Sequence record: SRR20825019_473
DNA length: 64,000 nt
Strand: one strand, 5' to 3'
In this document: one piece after another, positions 49,994-59,400 of the stretch
Layout: the number at the start of each line of letters is the position of its first letter
How positions within the stretch are numbered: the first letter of the stretch is position 1
Translations under genes and position numbers: made by a program
The notes under the pieces: model-generated
Told to the model about the DNA's origin: nothing
Databases searched by the model: none
Seen by the model: the letters and a program-made list of their open reading frames with translations, nothing else

Positions 49994-51139
49994 CTATAAA
50001 TTAAATTTTACAATAAGTTGAGTCCCTTGTCCGGGTTTGCTGAAAAAACGTAGACTTCCGTCCAAAGCTTTAATTCTTGAATTCATTGTTGAAAGACCTC
50101 TTCCAGAAAATTCATTTTCTTCTCCCATTTCGAATCCAACTCCATTGTCGGAAACTTTAATCACGAACTGGCTACTTGTTTCCGTCATACTAATTCGGAT
50201 TTGAGAGCATTTCGCATGTTTCATCGCATTATGAACAAATTCTTGAAAGACACGATAAATAGCAATTTGATGTTGCTGAGAAAGATGCGTTCTCTCCAAG
50301 TCAGTTTCAAGAATGTATTCGACATCTTCTTGCGCGGAAAGTTTCCGAATCACTTGTCGCATCGCCATAACTAACTCTCCTTCGTTGAGTGCGCTTGGTA
50401 CAAGGTCGAAACAAATCGAGCGAATATTTTCCAACGAAGAATCCAGCAATTCGATGCAACTATTTAAGTTAGTTTGTTGTTTTCCTGGATCCAATTGATT
50501 CGTAATTGTAGCAAGCATCATTCTAATTCCCGCCAATTCTTGCCCTAGAGAATCATGCAAGTCATCAGCCACACGAATTCGCTCGCGTTCTTGCGTTTCC
50601 ATGATACTCAAGAGAATTTCTCTCTCTTTTAATTTCTTATCGGTAAGGTCATCGGCAACAATCAGGTATCCACTTACTTCGCCACCAGGAGAATGGAGTT
50701 TAGACCAGTGACACTCCGTTGGAATACTCGAAGAATCCTTTCGAGAAAAATCGAGTTCTAATGATCGTCTATTGATCGTTCCTTCCAGGTCTTGTTTGAC
50801 AGAAGTAGTTTGATTCGGTTTAATGAGCTGATCAATAGACATTCCCAATAATTCTTCTTCACTGTAACCAAGGAGTTCAATAACTGTAGAATTGATATCT
50901 AAAATTTTCCAGTTGATATCAATAACAATTAAGAAATTGGATACAGTATTATAGATACTCACGAAGAAATCACGAGAGACGGTTGTTGCCTCTAATTCTT
51001 CTCCCAACATGTTTACACCACCAATAATCGAATCGATCTCGTCCAGCTTTTCGGACATTGCAATTTCGGGTGTATTGAAATTTCCCAAAGAATATTGCGC
51101 AAGAAGGTTACTAATTGCTATCAGTCTTGGATCATTCAT
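49994..51139 (-). CDS. Soluble HAMP-like/PAS HisKA_3 histidine kinase
   Basis: DEIDSIIGGVNMLGEEL (HAMP-like), PAS LLGYSEEELLG, ERERIRVADDLHDSLGQ, QEFVHNAMKHA, DNGVGF, GRGL; no TM segment. Confidence 0.9.
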   Translation of the reverse strand: MNDPRLIAISNLLAQYSLGNFNTPEIAMSEKLDEIDSIIGGVNMLGEELEATTVSRDFFVSIYNTVSNFLIVIDINWKILDINSTVIELLGYSEEELLGMSIDQLIKPNQTTSVKQDLEGTINRRSLELDFSRKDSSSIPTECHWSKLHSPGGEVSGYLIVADDLTDKKLKEREILLSIMETQERERIRVADDLHDSLGQELAGIRMMLATITNQLDPGKQQTNLNSCIELLDSSLENIRSICFDLVPSALNEGELVMAMRQVIRKLSAQEDVEYILETDLERTHLSQQHQIAIYRVFQEFVHNAMKHAKCSQIRISMTETSSQFVIKVSDNGVGFEMGEENEFSGRGLSTMNSRIKALDGSLRFFSKPGQGTQLIVKFNL

Positions 51140-51208
51140 GTATTCGGGAGAAATTTGGTCAACTTTTTTCTATCTAATGCAGTACTAGTGTTTTTTTATC
51201 GGATTATT

Positions 51209-51598
51209 CTAACTCACCCAATCACGAAGCCAAATGGCAGCATCCGACTTTTTTATAAAAAGGCGAACAGGAATTTTCGGGCGAGTTACGGTAATCCAAA
51301 AATTAATCATGGTCTGTTTAAACACAGAATTTGTAATAATTGCGGCTGCGGCAATTCCTTCCGTCCCTTCTTCCGAAGACAAAAAATCACGAGCATCTTT
51401 TGTTAATTTAGCAACAGAAGAATCCATAATTAAGTGAGGAAAAGTCTGATTCTTGCAATACTCTTTCCTCACGCGAACAGCCTCTTTCGCAACCTTCAAG
51501 TCAATGCCAGAAGGTTTATACGTAGCGTTGAGAATACCTTCAATTAATTGAAAAGTAACAAATTGAGTTTCAACTTTTTCTAAAATCGTTCCTGACAT
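51209..51598 (-). CDS. Small STAS/SEC14 (SpoIIAA-like, DUF7793-type) protein
   Basis: GIL...YK...IDL..AKE.V..R, TKDARDFL, AAAII...NF.....P.IPVRLF....A..WL pattern. Confidence 0.7.
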   Translation of the reverse strand: MSGTILEKVETQFVTFQLIEGILNATYKPSGIDLKVAKEAVRVRKEYCKNQTFPHLIMDSSVAKLTKDARDFLSSEEGTEGIAAAAIITNSVFKQTMINFWITVTRPKIPVRLFIKKSDAAIWLRDWVS

Positions 51599-51691
51599 AC
51601 GTATTTATACCTACTCTAAATTTTATGAAAAACAGGTTTTTTAACCCTTGATCAATAGTACTAATATAAGGAATTTTAGGTATTAAGCACG
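51599..51691. promoter_or_regulatory. Divergent promoter region with operator-like sites
   Basis: ACGTATTTATACCT (51599), AGGTTTTTTAACCCT (51634), AGGTAT half-site (51678). Confidence 0.5.
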
Positions 51692-51696
51692 CTCCC

Positions 51697-54132
51697 ATGA
51701 TAAACACAAAAACGCAAGATGCAGTTCTTGACATTGTCAACTTCGTAGCATCGAAACAAATTACGCACTTATACCCTGATAATGGTATGATAGAGGGCAA
51801 CATTTTAAACTTGAGAAATCAGCAAACAGTCAATTTTGGCTCTTGCAGTTATCTTGGTCTTGAATTCGATCCAAGGTTGTTGGAGGGGTCCATTAATGGC
51901 GTAAAGCGATATGGAAGTCAATTTTCGATTTCGAGAGCGTATATGTCTTGTCCTATTTACAAAGAATTGGAAGATAATTTCCGTGCAATTTTTGGTAAGC
52001 CTTGTGTGGTGACGCCAACAACGACATTGGGACACATTTCTGCAATTCCTGTACTTATTGGTGAATCGGACGCGATCATTTTAGATCATCAGGTTCATTC
52101 ATCTGTGCAAATGGCTGTTCAAATGATTAAATCGAACGGTGTAAATGTTCAAATGATTCGTCATAACCGAATGGATATGCTTGAAGATAGGGTTAAAAAA
52201 CTCAGACTTCAGCACAAAAAGATCTGGTATATGGCCGATGGTATTTATTCCATGTACGGTGATAAAGCTCCATTGGATGAGATTTATGCGTTGATGGAAA
52301 AGTACCCTGAACTTCATTTATATGTAGATGATGCACATGGAATGAGTTGCTTTGGAGACAAAGGTCAGGGATATGTGTTGGGACACGGGCCGTTGAATGA
52401 TCGCACAGTTGTGTCATTGTCATTGGCAAAAGCTTTCGGATCAGGAGGAGCAGTGTTTGTTTTTCCGAATGAAGATTGGGCAAGGAGAGTTCAATGTACT
52501 GGATTACCAATGATCACATCAGGACCAATTCAGCCATCTGTGCTAGGAGCTTCTGTAGCGAGCAGCGCAATACATTTGACATCAGAAATTCAGGAGTTAC
52601 AAGAAGATCTTCAAGAGAATATTAAATACACGAATCTTCTTTTAAAGAAAAATAAGCTCCCGCTACTTCATTCAAACGATTCACCTATTTTCTTTGTAGG
52701 TGCTGGTCTTCCGAAAACAGGAAGAAACATCGTGAATAGAATGATGGATGAAGGAGTTTATCAGAATCTTGGGATTTTTCCAGCTGTGCCTATTAAAAAT
52801 ACTGGAATTCGTTTTACGATTACACGACTGCATACATTTGAACAAATTGAGCACATGGTAGAAACTATGGCTTATCATTATCCTTTGGCACTTGAAGAAG
52901 AAAAAGTGACGATGGATCAGGTGTGTAAGAATTTCGATCTCCCGACCGAAGAGTTTCTATTGGATTCTTCAATTGAATCATTAATGAATTATAGTCAGCT
53001 AACTATGGAAAGATATTCTACGATAAACGAAATTAACGCTGCTGAATGGAACGCATTGTTCTCGTTCAACGGTCAGATGCATGCAGAAGAATTTGAAATT
53101 CTAGAGCGGACATACAAGCATAATATTCTCAAAGAAAATAATTGGGATTTTAACTATGTGATTATTAAATCTCCGGACGGAAAGGTTGTTTTAGCTGCAC
53201 CTCTCACTACCATTTTACAAAAAGATGACATTCTGCACTCTGCGGAAATATCAGAAAGCATAGAACGATTTAGAAAGAATGATCCGTATTATTTAACATC
53301 TCGTGTGTTAATGACGGGATCACCTACCACAATTGGCAAGTCCATATACCTAGACAGTAGTTCTAGGTATTTGGACGAGGCAATCAGCAAATTCGGGCAA
53401 CACCTGAGTGAAATTCAGCGAGAAACAAATGCTAAGAGCACTATGATTCGCGATTTTATGTCTACAGATGATGTTGTTAAGGATAAATTGCAGGATGCTG
53501 GCTTTTTCAAACTAAATACGTTCAAGTCAAATGTGATTTCGGATTTACCGAATTCAATAGAAGAATATGTATGTGGATTGAGTAAAAATGCTCGTCGACA
53601 CATCAAACGAAAAGTAGAAAAAAATGCGAACGATTTCCATTATATCGTCGCAAAGAACCCGTCTCAGCAGAAGATGAAGGATTGGTATCAGTTGTATCAG
53701 AATGTTTCGAGCGATAAGCGAGAAATAAATGTTTTTACAATGCCCTTTTCCTTATTCAGCAATTTGGTTTCGAGTAACTCGTGGGAGGCCCACGAATTAA
53801 TTGCCAAGCCTTCTCTTCTAGGGGACAGTTCTGAAACAGCTGGTGTTTTATTTATTCACTGCGATCGTGAAAACAAAGTGTTGACCCCAAATTATATTGG
53901 GCTAGATAGAAGGTTCCGCGATAAGGGTGCCTATCAGCAGCTGATGTTTAATGTTGTGAAATATGCCATTGAGAATGGCTATGAGCGAATTGATTTGGGA
54001 GCAACAGCCGAATTCGAAAAAAGTCGTTTGGGTGCGCGGGCAATTCAACATTTTGCATTGTATCAAGCAGATGATCATTACAACGCCTCACATATTGAAA
54101 CAGTTCATAATGGAAAAAGAATGTCTGCATAA
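51697..54132 (+). CDS. Fusion of a PLP-dependent alpha-oxoamine synthase (class II aminotransferase fold) and a C-terminal GNAT/FemAB-like acyltransferase
   Basis: NFGSCSYLGL, DHQVHSS, DGIYSMYGD, VDDAHG, SLAKAFG (PLP lysine); C-terminal LSKNARRHIKR, AYQQLMFNVVKYAIENG..RIDLG.TAEFEKSRLGA. Confidence 0.88.
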   Translation: MINTKTQDAVLDIVNFVASKQITHLYPDNGMIEGNILNLRNQQTVNFGSCSYLGLEFDPRLLEGSINGVKRYGSQFSISRAYMSCPIYKELEDNFRAIFGKPCVVTPTTTLGHISAIPVLIGESDAIILDHQVHSSVQMAVQMIKSNGVNVQMIRHNRMDMLEDRVKKLRLQHKKIWYMADGIYSMYGDKAPLDEIYALMEKYPELHLYVDDAHGMSCFGDKGQGYVLGHGPLNDRTVVSLSLAKAFGSGGAVFVFPNEDWARRVQCTGLPMITSGPIQPSVLGASVASSAIHLTSEIQELQEDLQENIKYTNLLLKKNKLPLLHSNDSPIFFVGAGLPKTGRNIVNRMMDEGVYQNLGIFPAVPIKNTGIRFTITRLHTFEQIEHMVETMAYHYPLALEEEKVTMDQVCKNFDLPTEEFLLDSSIESLMNYSQLTMERYSTINEINAAEWNALFSFNGQMHAEEFEILERTYKHNILKENNWDFNYVIIKSPDGKVVLAAPLTTILQKDDILHSAEISESIERFRKNDPYYLTSRVLMTGSPTTIGKSIYLDSSSRYLDEAISKFGQHLSEIQRETNAKSTMIRDFMSTDDVVKDKLQDAGFFKLNTFKSNVISDLPNSIEEYVCGLSKNARRHIKRKVEKNANDFHYIVAKNPSQQKMKDWYQLYQNVSSDKREINVFTMPFSLFSNLVSSNSWEAHELIAKPSLLGDSSETAGVLFIHCDRENKVLTPNYIGLDRRFRDKGAYQQLMFNVVKYAIENGYERIDLGATAEFEKSRLGARAIQHFALYQADDHYNASHIETVHNGKRMSA

Positions 54133-54160
54133 ACAGAATTAGTAATGAATTTTCGGGATT

Positions 54161-54406
54161 TTGATACTATTAACACAATCGGAGTTTAGTGAATTTAATC
54201 TCAAATCTAAGCTGAAGTTGATCCGAAAAGATGGACAGCTTTTGAAGTTGAAGATGATTAATGACCGCTATAAAATTCTGCTGTACTCCATGTACGGCTT
54301 CTATGTGCAATGTGTATCAGACGTTCACACTACACAGATCACTGAAGTAGACGTTATCGTATCCGCTAATTGGTTGCATCATTACGATACCGACGACCCT
54401 GTTTAG
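54161..54406 (+). CDS. Small hypothetical protein co-transcribed with the synthase
   Basis: EF..FNL..K...I...G..L, LYSMYGFYVQ pattern resembling small Bacteroidota proteins; lies before the terminator; TTG start uncertain. Confidence 0.65.
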   Translation: MILLTQSEFSEFNLKSKLKLIRKDGQLLKLKMINDRYKILLYSMYGFYVQCVSDVHTTQITEVDVIVSANWLHHYDTDDPV

Positions 54407-54425
54407 GGCTCTATGATTCTCAATT

Positions 54426-54460
54426 AAGTGCGACTTGGATATTTTCAAGTCGCACTTTTT
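54426..54460 (+). terminator. Terminator of the synthase operon
   Basis: Perfect 12-bp stem aagtgcgacttg/caagtcgcactt followed by a T run. Confidence 0.85.
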
Positions 54461-54489
54461 CGTTTGAGGTGGATAAAGTTTTGCGCATG

Positions 54490-54524
54490 AAAAAGGCATT
54501 GTTCAGTTAAAACAATGCCTTTTT
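54490..54524. terminator. Bidirectional terminator ending the esterase gene
   Basis: aaaaaggcattgtt...aacaatgccttttt. Confidence 0.8.
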
Positions 54525-54544
54525 AAGTGAAATGAAACTCTTTA

Positions 54545-55771
54545 CTAAAAGACCATTAATTGTTTAAGTTCGCTCTTTCCGAAACTATCGTGCGTTATTT
54601 GAACGAAGTACGCTCCAGGAGTTAAGCCGTCCACTTGAATGGTTGTTTTACCCGATTGTGTTTCTGCTGATGTAACAAACCTTCCTGATACATCAAATAC
54701 GTTTACATTAAAATCAGTTGCGTTATCGAGTTGAATTGTAACTGATGAACTTGTTGGGTTTGGATACATTTTGAATTCAACAGAAGCTGCCTGCTCAGGT
54801 GTTGAAGCAAATGACCCACAAATAAGTGGATATAAAAAATTAAGCGATCGTGTTAATATAGTATCTGTTGAAACTTGATTTCCAAAATAACTCACGTGTC
54901 CTGTACTATTCACATACGTGATAAGCTCAGAAGTAACGCCGTCCGCTTGAGCTTCTTGGTGCATTAATGATGAGCCCTGAAGTGAAATAATAGGAATCGA
55001 GAAAATAGTCGCAGTACCAGCAGCATAAGGAACAACGTCGTCTTGGTCATCATGCACTGAAAAAAGGGGAGGATCGCTAGGGTCAATATAACCCGCATCA
55101 CGAAGCGCACCTGAATAATTGATTACTCCACTCACTCCGTCGCCGTATTGTGTATTCGTAGAGCTATTTCCTGTCCAACCTCCATTCGCCGCAATGAGCG
55201 GATCGATATACGGTTCAATTACATCCGTAGAATCTAACATTCCAACATGTGAAGCTACAATTGCTCCTGCCGAAATTCCTCCAACGAAAATGAGGTTCGT
55301 ATCTACTTTATATGTGTTGGTCGTCGCCGCGTCTTCTCTAAAGAATCGAACTGCCGCTTTCATGTCTGAAACTGCTTTTAGTACTTCATCTGTCATTGTT
55401 ACCGAATCTGGTAGTGGAAATAACGGTCCGTCATACAATCGATAGTCGATAGCTGCACACGCATAACCATGAGCGGCGTAGTAATTACATAAATCATGCA
55501 TGTCTGTTCTCGTCCCTCCAATAAAACTTCCTCCAAAAGCAAGAATAATAATCGGTCTTGCCGCGGCTGCGTCTCCACTAGGTTCAAAAAAGTCTAGTAG
55601 TAAGTCCGCATTGTTGCCACTGTAACTAGTTGAATTTCCAAAGGTAATTCCAAGTGTTGGGTCAACAGTATAGGTTGGAGTTAGATAGCGCGTTCCGTTA
55701 CATGTTGGGTGTTGTCCGAAAGAAATCCAAGACGAAGCAAGGAAAAGGACGAGTAGAGTAGATGTTCTCAA
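54545..55771 (-). CDS. Secreted carboxylesterase (alpha/beta hydrolase) with T9SS type A CTD
   Basis: FGGSFIGG oxyanion motif, IDYRL, GGISAGA, D..VVP, GH; C-terminal MYPNP...DVSGR...L.PGAYF. Confidence 0.85.
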   Translation of the reverse strand: MRTSTLLVLFLASSWISFGQHPTCNGTRYLTPTYTVDPTLGITFGNSTSYSGNNADLLLDFFEPSGDAAAARPIIILAFGGSFIGGTRTDMHDLCNYYAAHGYACAAIDYRLYDGPLFPLPDSVTMTDEVLKAVSDMKAAVRFFREDAATTNTYKVDTNLIFVGGISAGAIVASHVGMLDSTDVIEPYIDPLIAANGGWTGNSSTNTQYGDGVSGVINYSGALRDAGYIDPSDPPLFSVHDDQDDVVPYAAGTATIFSIPIISLQGSSLMHQEAQADGVTSELITYVNSTGHVSYFGNQVSTDTILTRSLNFLYPLICGSFASTPEQAASVEFKMYPNPTSSSVTIQLDNATDFNVNVFDVSGRFVTSAETQSGKTTIQVDGLTPGAYFVQITHDSFGKSELKQLMVF

Positions 55772-56027
55772 GGTAGTTTAGTTTTAAAGTTTCCTGAAAT
55801 TAGGTGTTTTTTAGGAAAGATGCAATTTGAAACGAATGATCGTTCTCAGAATTCTTTCTCCCAGGCAAATCTTCTATCAACTTGAGATCATTTCAGCTCG
55901 GTTTTATAGATTACGATGTTATAAATGAACCTATAAACTAATTATTAATAGTCTATCGGGGAATTTACATCGGAATAAATATAAAATTGATAATTTCAAG
56001 GACTTAAACAAATCATTATACTGAATC

Positions 56028-56450
56028 ATGAAGCTTTCTTTTACGGTTAAATCTTTGGGGAAGAAACGGCCTTTGCTGGAAAGTATTGACATCGACCTTG
56101 ATGTAGCATCTGAATCAACCACTCAACATCTCTTGGAAAAAATCGTTGAGCAGCAAGTGCGAGAATTTAACCTACGAAAAGGAGATTCTAATTTAATTGA
56201 CTTTTTCACCGATGAAAAGCTAGCACATAATGCAGAATCGGGAAGTGTTAAATTCAATGAACAATACAATAGAACAGCTGCGGATCAAGAGAAAGCGGTC
56301 AACACAGTTCTTCAAGCATTCGAAGATGGGTTGATTGCGTTTTTTGTAAAAGATCAGCAATTAGAAAAGTTAAATGAGGAGGTCAGTTTGCATGAAGGTG
56401 ATTCTATCACACTCATAAGATTGACCTTTTTAGCAGGAAGCATTTGGTAA
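56028..56450 (+). CDS. Small protein with a ubiquitin/MoaD-like C-terminus, partner of the DUF4132 protein
   Basis: AFEDG, FFVKDQQ...L.EGDSITLIRLTFLAG; 15 nt upstream of the large gene. Confidence 0.7.
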   Translation: MKLSFTVKSLGKKRPLLESIDIDLDVASESTTQHLLEKIVEQQVREFNLRKGDSNLIDFFTDEKLAHNAESGSVKFNEQYNRTAADQEKAVNTVLQAFEDGLIAFFVKDQQLEKLNEEVSLHEGDSITLIRLTFLAGSIW

Positions 56451-56465
56451 ACCAGACGACTATTT

Positions 56466-59400
56466 ATGAATAACACGGCAGAATTTATTTCATCGAAACG
56501 CAATGATAAATACGTAGAAAAGCTCGTTGTTTCGCTCAAGAAACAAAACGGGAACCTTGCCAGTATTATAGGTGGTTGGTTAAATAAAAAGAACAAACTT
56601 TCTGAAAAGAATGTTGAAATAGGGTTACTTCTTCTCAATGAATCTTCATCTGTTTCGGAAGAGAAGAACTGGTATAGATCTCATGTTAATCAAGGGTCTA
56701 GAAGATATAATGCGATGAAGGAACGCTCCGATCCGAAAGATTTTTGGAATTCAAAAAGATTCCCTCTTTTGGTTTTTATTTTTGGAGCCGAGAATGCACC
56801 TTTTGTAAAAAAAGCATGGGACATGATTCCGTCCCTGATGTATCAGACGGGATACGCTAGACGGTCATTTAGAGGAACCGGATTAGACGAAATATATTTC
56901 ACTCGACAAATCAATTTCATTGTTGATTTAATTTACGAGAACAATTACGATTTCTCGCTTGGAGAATATGCGATTCATAGCAATACTATTTCTGCTAGTA
57001 GCTTTTCATTTGTGTATGCGGCGGCGATTGATTCAAATGACATGTCGTTCAGGCAACAATGCATAGATGCGATCCTTGGAAATCATGAAACAGCTCGACC
57101 GAGTAGGGACGTAATTAAAGGAATGCTGTTGTCAAACGATCCAGAATGTTGGAAGGCTGTAGAAATGCTTTTATTGAGTGCTCAAAGACAAGAAGGCTTG
57201 CGTCAAACCATTTTAGAATGTTTGGATGAAACTTCACTAGGAGCGATGAAGCATTTGATAAAAGTGATCATCGAACATAAATTGGCGCGATTCTCGTCCG
57301 TGGTGCGTGCGATTGATACTTGGGCTGGTTTCGGCTGGGAGGCTGAAAAAGAAACAACGGTAAGAAGATTCCTAGAATTGGCTGATGTCTTTTTGTCTGA
57401 TCCTTCGAAAATTGAAAAGAGCGTTGAAAGTTTGGATAACGCAGAGGTGTATATGGCGTTGTGGGCACAAGGAGTCTTGGATGTTTCTAAGTGTGAGCCT
57501 TTGTTAGAGAAAGTTTTGTCGAGCGGACACGAAAAAATTACGCTTGCGCTTTACTTCATTTCTCAAGTGGGACTATCTTCTTATTCAATCAAATACGGCA
57601 AACGTTTTTTGGATTACGACGATCCCGTTGTAATGTGTCAAGCGGCAGAAATGGTGAATGTTTCTGTGTTTCTCGATATGATGTCGAAAAGTGAGAAAGA
57701 TGAGGTTTTCGCTAAGTTAGAAAAGCGGCTTGAAATGTTTCCTAAGAAAACGAGTTTGTCCAAACCAAAAGTGTTCTCTTGGCTTACCTTCAGCTACGGG
57801 AAAGAACGGATTCTAGATCTAATGATTAATCTCTTGGACCTAGAAAAAGAAAGTGACATTGATAAAATTGTTCCTTATTTCGACAGCCTGGCTGTAAATC
57901 ATCGCGAAAAAGTGACGAGTAAAATTCTACCAGGTTATGGATACAGTTATGGACGTGAAGACAAAAAGCGTGTTGCTCCATTAACAGCTCGAAAGCGCGA
58001 TTTTGCATTTTCAATTATAAAAGACCGATCAGAAACCGTTCGATCCACGGCAATCACCGCTTTGTCTGAATCCACTTTGTCCAGTTCGGAAGTTCAAGTG
58101 TTTGAAGGATTACTTACCCGAAAAGCAGCTGATTTTAGAAGGTCAACGTTAGAGTTAATCATTAAGCATGGTGAGAACCAAGTGCGTGAAAGTGCTCGCA
58201 GATTAATCGATGAAAAAACGGAAGAACAACGACTTGCTGGACTCGATCTCTTACTTTGGTTGAAAAGTAATAGTGCAAAGAATAGAAGCTGGGTAGAAAG
58301 TACTGCGAAAGAATTCAGTGGCAGATCTAAAATCAGTTCCAAAGAAGAAGTTGTTTTATCGGGTTTACTCCAAGGAGAAGTGAACTTGGTTGAATACAAC
58401 AGCGCGAATGGATTTGGGATTTTTGATCCATCTAAAGTTCCTACGCAGATTAGTTTGGAAGTTCCAAGAAGTGAGGTGTACAAGCAAGCAACATCAGTCA
58501 ATAAAAACGGATTGTCGATGTCGGAAGCAAAGGTTAAAGCTGCTTTGCAAAACTTGACAGATCTATTTCTCAAAAATAAGGAATACGAATACACACATGA
58601 GGATTGGAACAATAGACAAACTACGAGCTTGATTGGAAACACTTTCTCTAGGCTAAAATCTGACAATAAAGGAATGACCGCGGAGGAGAAATTTTGTAAT
58701 TATCCACTTCATGAGCTCTGGCGGTCTTGGTTTATCGATTCAGGGCTTACGAATCGAGACCTCTTATTGATCAATTTGTACCTCAATCCAGGGTATGATT
58801 TTAAAAAGAATAAAGGATTTGAATCAATCTATAGAAAAACACTTCAACTCGTTTATGTAGCCGAGGTTCCGAAAATCACTGACTACGAATGGCAAAACCC
58901 AGTCTATCAGATTCTGGATGTTTTGGGAAAACGATATATTGACGAAGACGCAATAGATTATTTATCTGGATTGAATTATGAATTATTCAAATCAATTGAT
59001 GGAGCCACGCTCTCTTCGTTTAGGAAAGATGGAAATAAATGGAATGAGCGAAATGTTACGTGGAGAGATCTAAATAGTATCGAAATTCTTTGGGAAAAAT
59101 ATCATTCGTATGTAAAAATGATGTCTAAAGAGCAATTCCAATCGTACTGGAATCTTGTTCATTGGAAATACCTCACAACGCCTAAAAACGTAAATCTCGA
59201 TAATATTCATTTGCCCGATGTGTATGATTACGCGCGAGCGTTCAACGACGGACTGATCGACAATGACACTTTGCTTTGGAGAATTCTTCACAAGGATGCC
59301 ATCAATCTTCTTACACGAACGAATGTAGGTGATCAATATGATGTTCGAAAAGAGTTTGATTTTTTGAATCCTATGCTAGATAAATGCCGCGATAGAATTT

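Noticed and set aside
51697-54132. Calling this gene bioF, spt or cqsA
   Set aside because: It is about twice the length, has an extra GNAT domain and has no pathway neighbours; substrate cannot be read from the sequence
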